From NCBI GenBank assembly GCA_963777155.1, contig CAVZPM010000017.1, forward strand, positions 1-30,184: a stretch of 30,184 bases of DNA. The letters run 5' to 3'. This document shows positions 19,121-27,800 of this stretch, in pieces. The notes under the pieces are model-generated. The model made no database searches and was not told where the DNA came from. It was given only the letters and a program-made list of their open reading frames with translations. This DNA is from Candidatus Bathyarchaeota archaeon (GTDB lineage: Archaea; Thermoproteota; Bathyarchaeia; Bathyarchaeales; Bathycorpusculaceae). Made by a program: the position numbers and the translations under genes. The stretch's first letter is position 1, and each line of letters starts with the position of its first letter.

Positions 19121-21700
19121 ATGGTTATTGTGGTCGTGGTACTGTTATTTGTTTTATCGTTTGCTTCACTTTCAGCCTTCCAATCAAATCTCACCAAAGC
19201 ACAAGTAACTGCCAATTCAGCCTCCAATAGCACTTTAAACCAGTACGAGTGGATACAGTCTCAAGGCGATTCCTCTTTCACACGATATTCAGCAGGACCA
19301 GCCCCCGATACCCCAAACGTACTTTGGAAAGCTAACATAACGGGAATTCAACCCTACCTCACAGCGTTTAATGGACTGATTTTTGTCGGCACCCAAGATT
19401 CTTTAGTTGCAGTTTACCAAACAGGCGAAGTTGCTTGGTCCACGAAAGTTTCGATGAATAAAACTTGGCCAATAGCTTACAAAATCGACGATTCCCACCT
19501 AGTAGTTGAAGGTAGCTGCCTTGACATAAACACGGGGAAACTACTTTGGACAAGCTCCTCCTTCTGCTCAGACACGGGGATATTCAACACCCCAGTTTAT
19601 AGCCCTGACCAAAAACTGTTCTACGTAAAGTCAAACTCGTACATTGAGGCTTGGGATTTCTCTAATCCCTCTAACCCGCCGACTTTAGCGTGGAAAACCT
19701 ACATTCCAGGCGGGGGCATAACTGGCATCGGGACAACTTATGGTGACGGGCTTGTGTTCACAGGGTCATTCGAAAACCAACAATTAGCACTAAACGCCTC
19801 AACGGGCAAAATCGTCTGGGATTCCCTTACAAAGGGACCAATGATTTTTAACGGCGCCTACTCTAACGGCCGATTCTTCAGAGGTGGAACAGATGACAAC
19901 ACTCTCTACTGTTTCGACTCAGCCAACGGACAAATACTTTGGGCATATACGCCACCTAACGGTAAAGGCGGATACTTCACAACAGGTCCAGCATTAGCCT
20001 ACGGAATTGTTTATGAAATGAACAAAGACGGTTACCTCTACGCTCTCGACCAAACAACAGGCAAGCTTGTCTGGAAATACAAGGGACCCAGTAGCGAACT
20101 TATTTGGCCAGGCATGCCAACGGTGGCAGACGGCAAAGTCTACGTAACCATCGGGGAGCTGGCCTACTATGGGTCAGTAACAAACACTCAATCGGAATAT
20201 GCATGCATTAACGCTTTCACTGGAGAGCTAATCTGGCAGTTACCCATCGAAGCTCTGCCGCCACGCGAATCAGCAATAGTTGCTTACGGCACACTATACA
20301 TAATTCCAGGTAGTGTCACAACTGCAGTTGATACTACCTCTGGAACTGAATACTCAACTGACAGTCAATTGTGGGCTATCTCTTCCGGCTCTACTCCAAC
20401 CACAGGTCCCTCCATTACTCCGAAGCCCGAGGCTCCATCAACGCCAACACCAACCTCAAAACCCACGCTAATCCCCGTTTCAAGCGTTAGCGATTGGACT
20501 ATGTTCCGTTCTGACCCAACCCACTCCTCAAAGGCTGCAGCAGGCCCAACAAACCTCACATTGGCTTGGAAATTCACCACCAAAGGATCCGTTATCTCTT
20601 CCCCAAGCATTGTCAACAACGTAGTTTATGCGGGTTCACAGGACAAAAATATGTATGCGATTGACGCGGAAAACGGAAACCTCATCTGGAACTACACCAC
20701 TGGAGGACCTATCATAACTTCCCCTGCAGTTGCAAACGGGAAAGTTTACTTTGGAAGTGAAGATGGCTATGTTTACTGTTTAGATGCAGCCTATGGCGGG
20801 CTTCTGTGGCATACCCCAATCAACAGTAACTTGGAGTTTACGTTTGGAAACTTGGTGCTGAAATCTTCACCCGTCGTCTCTGACGGCATGGTTTACATCG
20901 GCTCCTTAGACGGTAACCTTTATGCCCTCGACGCAGAGACAGGCTCAGTAGTTTGGACGACAAAAACAGGTGGACCCATAGAATCTTCCCCAGCATTTGC
21001 TGACAGCGCCGTATACTTCACTTCTCACGAGCCATCATCAGGCATGCTCTACAAGCTAGACGCATCCACTGGAGACGTTCTCTGGAACCTATCGCTTCCC
21101 TACCAGTACTCGTTTGTAGGCGGTACAGAGATGCTTGGTTCCCCCTCTGTTGCAGTTGGTATGGTGTTTGCATCCTCTAACTGGGGCGCTTACTACGCAG
21201 TAAACATTACAACCGGCAAAGAAGTCTGGCACTTCATAGATTCAGAGGCCATAGAATTCATCGTTTCCTCACCAATCTATTTCGACGGCGGAGTCGTCAT
21301 CATCGACAAATTCGACCTAACCTTCCTCAACGCAACCAACGGACAAAAAATCTGGAACGCCTACACGGGCGATGAACTCTATGTTTCGCCCTCGTACGCG
21401 GACGGCAAAATCTATGTAACAACCAGCCAACGCGACATCTTCGTTTTAGACACCACAAGAAATGGCGTAACAATAGCTAATACAACAACACCATCCAGCA
21501 GCTGGTCTTCCCCAAGCATTGCTAACGGAAGATTATACATCGGCTGCAACGACTGGAACATCTACTGTTTCTCGAGTTACATTACTGAGCAAGCTTCGGC
21601 TTCCACTCCAATCGTATATTTGATTGCGGTGGTTGTTGCTGCTTTGGTTGCAGTACTTGCCGCGGTTGGCTACATAGTCACGAAACGAGGTAAAAAATAA
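19121..21700 (+). CDS. Secreted, C-terminally anchored double beta-propeller (PQQ/BamB-like repeat) protein, copy 2, intact (start may be 19106)
   Basis: Hydrophobic signal peptide; repeated A(L/I)DAxxGxxxW and SSP-x-V-x-x-G-x-VY blades in two domains joined by a Pro/Thr linker; C-terminal TM helix followed by KRGKK. Confidence 0.92.
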   Translation: MVIVVVVLLFVLSFASLSAFQSNLTKAQVTANSASNSTLNQYEWIQSQGDSSFTRYSAGPAPDTPNVLWKANITGIQPYLTAFNGLIFVGTQDSLVAVYQTGEVAWSTKVSMNKTWPIAYKIDDSHLVVEGSCLDINTGKLLWTSSSFCSDTGIFNTPVYSPDQKLFYVKSNSYIEAWDFSNPSNPPTLAWKTYIPGGGITGIGTTYGDGLVFTGSFENQQLALNASTGKIVWDSLTKGPMIFNGAYSNGRFFRGGTDDNTLYCFDSANGQILWAYTPPNGKGGYFTTGPALAYGIVYEMNKDGYLYALDQTTGKLVWKYKGPSSELIWPGMPTVADGKVYVTIGELAYYGSVTNTQSEYACINAFTGELIWQLPIEALPPRESAIVAYGTLYIIPGSVTTAVDTTSGTEYSTDSQLWAISSGSTPTTGPSITPKPEAPSTPTPTSKPTLIPVSSVSDWTMFRSDPTHSSKAAAGPTNLTLAWKFTTKGSVISSPSIVNNVVYAGSQDKNMYAIDAENGNLIWNYTTGGPIITSPAVANGKVYFGSEDGYVYCLDAAYGGLLWHTPINSNLEFTFGNLVLKSSPVVSDGMVYIGSLDGNLYALDAETGSVVWTTKTGGPIESSPAFADSAVYFTSHEPSSGMLYKLDASTGDVLWNLSLPYQYSFVGGTEMLGSPSVAVGMVFASSNWGAYYAVNITTGKEVWHFIDSEAIEFIVSSPIYFDGGVVIIDKFDLTFLNATNGQKIWNAYTGDELYVSPSYADGKIYVTTSQRDIFVLDTTRNGVTIANTTTPSSSWSSPSIANGRLYIGCNDWNIYCFSSYITEQASASTPIVYLIAVVVAALVAVLAAVGYIVTKRGKK

Positions 21701-21714
21701 GTAAAAGCATGGGG

Positions 21715-23139
21715 CTAAGCTATTCCAACCCTTTTTGGAGCATTTGGATTCAACCTTCTCTTGGCAAAATTCACAACGCCCTCGCGTCTAATTCGCTTCA
21801 CGATTTGTTTGGGCGTCATGTTGAATTCTCGGAAGAACCGCCTTTGAACAGCCATAAGCGAGTTGAAATCGTACTCTTCGGTTTTGACGGCTAACAAGAA
21901 CTCGTCGAGTTTATCGTATTTTTTGGATTCTAAAACTTCTTGGTAGAGCTTGCTGTCTGGATTAGCGATGAAGACGTTGAATAGGCACCAGTCAGGGTTC
22001 AATTTTTTAGCAAACTTCAGTGAAGCTTCCATGTCCTCTAACGTTTCATCAGGAACCCCAAGCATGAATGAGCAGGCGGTTTGTATCCCGTTTTTGCGGC
22101 AGAGCTTAAACGCGTTCTCTATCTGTTCCAGTGTTGTGTCTCTTCCGATGCGCTTTAGAATTTTCTGCGAGCCAGATTCAACCCCGAACCAAATAGTTTT
22201 GCATCCAGCCTTCTTCATCGCTGCCAAAAGCTCCTGATCCACTAAATCCACTCGAGTGTCACAGACCCACTCTAAATCCAGCTTGTTTTCAACCATTAAG
22301 AGACATAATTCAAGGGTTTCTTTTTTTCTGAGTGTAAAGTTGTCATTAATGAAGTAAATTCCTTTTGTGCCGTATTTTTGTTGTAGGTCTTGGATTTCTT
22401 TGATAATTCTTTGTGGACTGAAGCCTCGGCAAATGTTACCCCAGAGCTTGCGTGTTTCGCAGAAACCACAATGGAATACGCATCCTCGTGCGATGCTCAT
22501 GACGTCGGCTGGTTTAACGTTAAGGTATTCAATAGTGCGATCGTAGAGTTCAAGCGGCAATAAGTGCCTGGCGGGATATGGGATTTCGTCCAGGTTCTCT
22601 ATGAAGACAGGTGGGTTTTTGATGTTTGCTCCTGCACGCCTACACGCAACCCCTGGTATTGTGATAGCAGCTGGTTCATTGTTGTTTACAATGCATCGGG
22701 CAAGGTCGGTTACTGCTCTTTCGCCTTCACCCATGACCACATAATCAATCTCTGGGTTCTCAAGCAAACTATCGGGTACATAGGAAGCATGCCATCCTCC
22801 CACGACTATTTTGCATGTTGGAAGGGCTTCTTTGATGGCACGAGCGGTTTCTATGCATCGCCGGTAAGTGGCTGAACCGCAAGTAATGCCGACGATTGCC
22901 GGGTTAACTTTAACAATTAATTCTTTGACTTCCTCAAGCGGTTTCTTCATAAGGTAGTTATCGAGCATCTGCACCGCAAAACCCTCTTTTTCAAGAGCAG
23001 AGGCGACATACATCAAACCGATTGGAGGCAACCGTTTCCCCAGGTACCATGCGCCGTTTTCAGGGGGCGCCGTAGTCATAAGAAGGACTGTGTTGTTTTT
23101 GACCAAGTCGGCATCATTGTTTTTGGGTTCGGCGGGCAC
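21715..23139 (-). CDS. Cobalamin-dependent radical SAM enzyme (subtype B)
   Basis: PIGLMYVAS, GGWHAS, GEGE, ARGCVFHCGFCETRKLWG, FGVESG. Paralog of 25712-27076. Confidence 0.93.
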   Translation of the reverse strand: MPAEPKNNDADLVKNNTVLLMTTAPPENGAWYLGKRLPPIGLMYVASALEKEGFAVQMLDNYLMKKPLEEVKELIVKVNPAIVGITCGSATYRRCIETARAIKEALPTCKIVVGGWHASYVPDSLLENPEIDYVVMGEGERAVTDLARCIVNNNEPAAITIPGVACRRAGANIKNPPVFIENLDEIPYPARHLLPLELYDRTIEYLNVKPADVMSIARGCVFHCGFCETRKLWGNICRGFSPQRIIKEIQDLQQKYGTKGIYFINDNFTLRKKETLELCLLMVENKLDLEWVCDTRVDLVDQELLAAMKKAGCKTIWFGVESGSQKILKRIGRDTTLEQIENAFKLCRKNGIQTACSFMLGVPDETLEDMEASLKFAKKLNPDWCLFNVFIANPDSKLYQEVLESKKYDKLDEFLLAVKTEEYDFNSLMAVQRRFFREFNMTPKQIVKRIRREGVVNFAKRRLNPNAPKRVGIA

Positions 23140-23185
23140 GTTTTTGCCTCTGTGAATGATTTGTTGTTTCTTTTGATGGTTCGCG

Positions 23186-23269
23186 AGTTTATAGCTTTAG
23201 CGGATTGCAGTTTGGATAAAGGTTTGCAAGTGTCTTTGCTGTTTTTGGATAAATGAAAAGGTTTATAGT
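23186..23269. promoter_or_regulatory. Back-to-back divergent TATA boxes
   Basis: Minus-strand aaagctataaact (23186-23198) and plus-strand aaaaggtttatagt (23256-23269). Confidence 0.5.
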
Positions 23270-23306
23270 CACTTTAGACGCATTTCCAAACCAAGAGGGA
23301 ATCGAG

Positions 23307-24014
23307 ATGAAAGTTGTCGTCCATTGGAGCGGGGGCAAAGAATGCTGTTTAGCTTACCACAAAGTTATCAAACAGGGTCATCAAGTTGCTTGCCTTCTTA
23401 GCTTCGAATATCAAAGACCCTACATTTTCCACAGTTTTCCTATAATGGAACTTCAATCTAAAACTCTTGGCACTCCCCTCAAGGTTGTTAGAGTAAAGAA
23501 AGCCTACGAAGACATCTTGGGCGCCCTGACAAAACTCAAATCAGAACAAGGCATTGAAGGCATAGTTACTGGCGACATAGCTGGAGCGGGATGCGCCCTA
23601 GTTCACTCAAGCTACTACGAGAGTATGGCTAAACAGCTGGGTCTTGCTTTCATGATGCCAAATGAAGGCGACACATACGACGTCCTCAAAGAAGTCGTTG
23701 GCACTGGCCTCCGCCCTGTCTTAAACTGTGTTAACACAAACTTTTTTGGTGAAGAATGGCTGGGGCGAAAACTCGACCCCGAGTCAGTCAAAGAATTGAA
23801 GGCATTGGCCGACGCAAAAGACATAGATGTCGCAAGCGAAGACGGACAGGGTTATCATAGCACGGTAGTTGAGGCGCCACTCTTCAAAGAATCCATCGTC
23901 ATCGGCAAGTACAAAACTAAAAAGAAGAAAGAAAAAGCGAAAAATTGGAAGCGCAACTGGCTTTATATGGACATCAAAGAGTGCTCTCTGCACCCTAAAC
24001 AAGAGTCCCAATGA
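23307..24014 (+). CDS. DUF71/COG2102 (diphthine-ammonia ligase-like) ATP pyrophosphatase, copy 1
   Basis: MKVVVHWSGGKEC PP-loop, GIVTGDI, EEWLGRKLD, EDGQGYHSTVVEAPLFK. Start placed at ATG 23307 because the ATG at 23253 lies upstream of the TATA box. Confidence 0.85.
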   Translation: MKVVVHWSGGKECCLAYHKVIKQGHQVACLLSFEYQRPYIFHSFPIMELQSKTLGTPLKVVRVKKAYEDILGALTKLKSEQGIEGIVTGDIAGAGCALVHSSYYESMAKQLGLAFMMPNEGDTYDVLKEVVGTGLRPVLNCVNTNFFGEEWLGRKLDPESVKELKALADAKDIDVASEDGQGYHSTVVEAPLFKESIVIGKYKTKKKKEKAKNWKRNWLYMDIKECSLHPKQESQ

Positions 24015-24041
24015 TCTATTTTATTGATTAATCGTCCTAAC

Positions 24042-24084
24042 TTAGAAGTAGTCGTCCTGCAATTCCCAAGATGACTATTTCTAA
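24042..24084 (+). repeat. Intergenic inverted repeat / RNA hairpin (15-bp stem)
   Basis: ttagaagtagtcgtc ... gatgactatttctaa; 13 Watson-Crick pairs plus 2 G-U pairs on the + strand. Confidence 0.7.
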
Positions 24085-24260
24085 TGCTTTGCCCAGAGCT
24101 GAAAAACACTCCAGAACCTTAATGATGTATTGGTTTTTGGTCAACCTGAGACTTTGTAGCTGTTTAGCATAATTCAAGGCAGCAGAAAAATTGTTCTTTG
24201 AAAAAACGGTGTTTTTGCAAAAAGTAAATGAACCCCAAGCCATAACCTCTACGTGTTTCA

Positions 24261-25682
24261 GTGAAGACCATGAAAACTCGCATAACCCTTGTAAATCCGC
24301 CGTACCCTGCTGGTTCTCATCAGCATCCGCCATTTATGCCTCTGGGCATTGGATACTTAGGTGCGGTACTGTACAAGAATCATTTTGAAGTAAACGTAAT
24401 TGATTGTCAAGCACAAAAGATCAGTTATCAACAGTTCAGAGAAGAAATCGCCAAGTATAAACCAGATATAGTCGGTGTCACTTCCACAACACTAACCTAC
24501 AAGTCAGCCCTGAAAATAATAAAAACAGCCAAAGACGTCTTTCCAGACTGCGTAACCGCCATCGGCGGTCCCCACGTCACGTTCTGGGATGACAAAGCTT
24601 TGCAGGAAGCACCATCATTGGACATCGTTATAAGGGGTGAGGGCGAGCAAACGATACTTGAACTTGCGCAAAGAGTGGAAAATCACCAATCCTTCCACGA
24701 CCTTATCGGCACGACTTGTCGGAAAGATGGCGAAATTGTAAAGAATCCTGACCGCCCCTTCCTGGAAAACCTCGATAGCCTACCGTTCCCAGCACTTCAT
24801 CTATGGGAAAAACTAGGTGAGATACGCAAATACGGAACTATACCCTACCCAGTCATGACTAGTAGAGGATGTGTGTACTGGTGCAACTTTTGCACTGCAG
24901 TTAGAATGTTTGGCAGAAAATACCGCATGCGCAGCCCAAAGAACGTCGTCGACGAAATAGAATATCTTCACAAAAACTACCATGCAAACCAATTCACTTT
25001 CTATGACGACGCTTTTACTGTGGATCAAGCAAGAACCGCCGAGATCTGCGACGAAATCCAACGCCGTGGACTTAAAATTAAATGGGACTGTGAAACCCGC
25101 GTGGACATGGTCAGCAAGGAACTCTTCGTCAAAATGCGTAAAACAGGGTGCATAGCGGTTTGGTTTGGTGTGGAATCTGGCTCAAAGAAGCAGTTAACCA
25201 GTATGGGCAAAGGCTTCAACCTAAACCAGACAAGGCGAGCTTTCAAATGGGCAAAAGAAGCTGGGCTAATGACTGTTGCAGGCGTAATCTTGGGCTTCCC
25301 GGGAGAGACAAAAGAGAGTGCTTGGGAAACCATACGTTTCGTGAAGGAGCTTAACCCAAACGACGTAGGCTTTTACATAGCCACGCCCTACCCGGGTACG
25401 CCCATGTATGAGGAAGTTAAAGCCAATGGATCATTGAAAATAACCGACTTCGACAGGTACGATACCGCCACCCCGACCTTTGAGATTCCAAACATGACCA
25501 TGCAGGAACTCGCTCAAATTCGCGAACAAGCCTTCCAAAGCTTCTACCTGAGCCCAAGATACTTCATTAGCGCAATAGGTATGTTCAAGAAAGGAAAAAT
25601 GTGGGGGCTGGGCGCAACACGACTCATAATGGCACATTTCCGAAGAGCACTAATGGCTAAAATAAGCAGCCCAGCTAAATAG
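24261..25682 (+). CDS. Cobalamin-dependent radical SAM enzyme (subtype A; start may be ATG 24270)
   Basis: PLGIGYLGA, GGPHVT, GEGE, TSRGCVYWCNFC, FGVESG, TPYPGTP. Confidence 0.93.
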   Translation: MKTMKTRITLVNPPYPAGSHQHPPFMPLGIGYLGAVLYKNHFEVNVIDCQAQKISYQQFREEIAKYKPDIVGVTSTTLTYKSALKIIKTAKDVFPDCVTAIGGPHVTFWDDKALQEAPSLDIVIRGEGEQTILELAQRVENHQSFHDLIGTTCRKDGEIVKNPDRPFLENLDSLPFPALHLWEKLGEIRKYGTIPYPVMTSRGCVYWCNFCTAVRMFGRKYRMRSPKNVVDEIEYLHKNYHANQFTFYDDAFTVDQARTAEICDEIQRRGLKIKWDCETRVDMVSKELFVKMRKTGCIAVWFGVESGSKKQLTSMGKGFNLNQTRRAFKWAKEAGLMTVAGVILGFPGETKESAWETIRFVKELNPNDVGFYIATPYPGTPMYEEVKANGSLKITDFDRYDTATPTFEIPNMTMQELAQIREQAFQSFYLSPRYFISAIGMFKKGKMWGLGATRLIMAHFRRALMAKISSPAK

Positions 25683-25711
25683 AAAACTGCACAACATGGA
25701 GAAAGCAAAAC

Positions 25712-27076
25712 TTGATTCTTCTGATGACCACTACCCTCCCTGAGAAGTCACCTTGGGGTATGGCAGGAAAACTTGCTCCATTGGGTTTAGCCTATGTTGC
25801 TTCGGTGCTGGAAAAAAACGGTTACCCAGTTGAGATTTACGATAATTATCTTTTGGGGAGACCCTTCGAAGAGGTTAAAGCTGAAATTAGAAAGCGGCAA
25901 CCCGAAATTGTGGGTATAACCTGTAGTAGCCTGACTTATTCGCGGTGTATAGAGTTAGCTAAAACCGTCAAAGAAGCATATCCGTCTTGTAAAGTTATTG
26001 TCGGTGGTCCCCATGCATCATACATGCCTGAAACCCTACTGCAGCACAGTGAAGTTGACTACGTAGTTGTCGGTGAAGGCGAAGCAGCGATAGTGAAGCT
26101 TGCAGCCAGTATTCTTAAAGGTGACTCAAAAGGTGTTTCGGTTGCCATTCCAGGGGTCGCATGCAAAATCGCTGGCGAAATTGTCAGAACTCCCCAACAA
26201 TTCATCCTCGACTTAGATACAGTTCCTTTTCCAGCGCGCCACTTATTACCCATGAAAATGTATGACCGCACCCTTCCTTACATCGACGTTGAACCTGTCG
26301 ACACCATGAGTATCCTCCGAGGTTGCCCGTACCAATGTACGTACTGTGAGACACGCGAGTTATGGGGGACCAGTTGCCGGGCATTTTCGCCCCAAAGAGT
26401 CATCGATGAAATCAAAAACATGATGCAGAACTATGGCACTAAAGGCATCTATTTTGTCGGCGACAACTTTACCATAAACAAGAACCGCACAATTGAACTC
26501 TGCCGTAAAATCAAGGAAAACAAGCTTGACCTTAAATGGACCTGCGAAACCCGCGCAGACCTCGTAAACAAAGAAGTACTCTCAGAAATGAAGTCAGCGG
26601 GATGCCAAACCATTTTCTTCGGCACCGAATCTGGGTCAGAGCGGATCCAGCAGAGACTTGGCAAAAACGTCGACCTCCAAGAAGTTAAACGTACCTTTGA
26701 GCTTACCCGCAAGGTCGGAATAAAAACAGCTACCTCTTTCATGCTTGGAATCCCAGGCGAAACTGTAGAAGACATGTATGCCACCTTCAAGTTCGCCAAG
26801 AGCCTAAACGCTGATATCTGCATGTTCAACATCTATATTGCGTGCCCTGGTAGTAAACTCTACGACGAGGTAGTAAGCCAGCGTCTCTACGACCAAATGG
26901 ACAACTACCTTGCCCGAGTCAAAACTTCAGACTTTGACTATGACATGCTTGTCAAAATTCAAAAAGAGTTTCAGGCAAGTTTTCGGAAGTCTATGGCATC
27001 AAACCTGATTCGTGTGATCCGTCAGGAAGGCATCGGAAGCGCTGTTAAAAAAGGCGCCAAACTAATATTCCATTAG
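25712..27076 (+). CDS. Cobalamin-dependent radical SAM enzyme (subtype B; true start possibly ATG 25696 with one extra base)
   Basis: PLGLAYVAS, GGPHAS, GEGE, LRGCPYQCTYCETRELWG, FGTESG. Confidence 0.93.
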   Translation: MILLMTTTLPEKSPWGMAGKLAPLGLAYVASVLEKNGYPVEIYDNYLLGRPFEEVKAEIRKRQPEIVGITCSSLTYSRCIELAKTVKEAYPSCKVIVGGPHASYMPETLLQHSEVDYVVVGEGEAAIVKLAASILKGDSKGVSVAIPGVACKIAGEIVRTPQQFILDLDTVPFPARHLLPMKMYDRTLPYIDVEPVDTMSILRGCPYQCTYCETRELWGTSCRAFSPQRVIDEIKNMMQNYGTKGIYFVGDNFTINKNRTIELCRKIKENKLDLKWTCETRADLVNKEVLSEMKSAGCQTIFFGTESGSERIQQRLGKNVDLQEVKRTFELTRKVGIKTATSFMLGIPGETVEDMYATFKFAKSLNADICMFNIYIACPGSKLYDEVVSQRLYDQMDNYLARVKTSDFDYDMLVKIQKEFQASFRKSMASNLIRVIRQEGIGSAVKKGAKLIFH

Positions 27077-27387
27077 ATAGGCACTTCGAGGACTCTAAGA
27101 ATATCCACGTACGCTTTAGGTGCCAACTTCTCATCGGTCACATTCTTTATCAGCATTCGTCCCCCATCAAAAAGGCTGACTTCCATCTTTAGATAGTCAA
27201 AAATCACCAACATCGGCGCTTTAACTCGGATTTTAATTTTCTGTTTCTTTATTTTTTCGCACGCCTGTTCCATACTGAACTTTACTTGGGGCGCTGGAGT
27301 TATGTCGGCGGTTGTTCCACCGCAGATCCAAGCAATATTCAAGGTCAAGTTGCCGACAACTTGTTTCTGCTGCGACGTATTCTTCAA
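27073..27387 (-). CDS. Small protein resembling the C-terminal domain of long ThiF/MoeB adenylyltransferases; 5' end uncertain
   Basis: WICGG...ITP...MLVIF...EVSLFDGGRMLIKNV.DEK.A..AY resembles the LCGR...LF.DGR.LI.G...A..Y tail of such enzymes (recalled pattern, not searched). Confidence 0.5.
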   Translation of the reverse strand: MKNTSQQKQVVGNLTLNIAWICGGTTADITPAPQVKFSMEQACEKIKKQKIKIRVKAPMLVIFDYLKMEVSLFDGGRMLIKNVTDEKLAPKAYVDILRVLEVPI

Positions 27388-27560
27388 CTCCAGCTATGCA
27401 ATGCTTTAGGCTCTGGTTGGTTTATCAACATTGCGATAGAAGAGGCGACGGGATTTTGTTTTTGTTTGTGTGCTATTATGGAGGCTTACAGTAACATCAA
27501 ATAGACGGTGTTTATCTTTGCTGAACACTTTTTCACTTCTTGGCTAGGTTGACCGAGATT

Positions 27561-27605
27561 TGGTAGAACAACAACAGATGAAAATGCAGTGTTGTTGTTC
27601 TTCCA
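27561..27605. repeat. Inverted repeat with perfect 12-bp arms
   Basis: agaacaacaaca (27565-27576) / tgttgttgttct (27590-27601), extended by tgg/cca after one mismatch. Confidence 0.75.
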
Positions 27606-27667
27606 GTTAAATTCAATCGTCTTTGAAAGGAAAAAACTCGTTTTTTTCAGAAAATTCCCATTTTTTC

Positions 27668-27727
27668 TTTTTCTCGACTTAACTAATAGGTTCTTGAAAG
27701 AAGAAGGATAGACCTTGTCGAGAAAAA
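27668..27727. repeat. Inverted repeat with perfect 11-bp arms and 38-nt spacer
   Basis: tttttctcgac (27668-27678) / gtcgagaaaaa (27717-27727). Confidence 0.6.
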
Positions 27728-27800
27728 ATGATGTTGTTTTCTTCTTCTCGTCAATGTCCTAAAAATGCGGCATTTGGATTTAAATTCTATATTGTGCTTT

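Noticed and set aside
19121-21700. PQQ-dependent dehydrogenase call
   Set aside because: Only the generic propeller repeats are recognisable; I see no quinoprotein active-site signature and no pqq genes in the window.
18981-24216. AAAAC-N3-GTTTT palindrome at 18981-18993 and 24202-24216 as a shared operator
   Set aside because: Only two exact instances in AT-rich DNA, and it is absent from the homologous promoter near 14060; likely chance.
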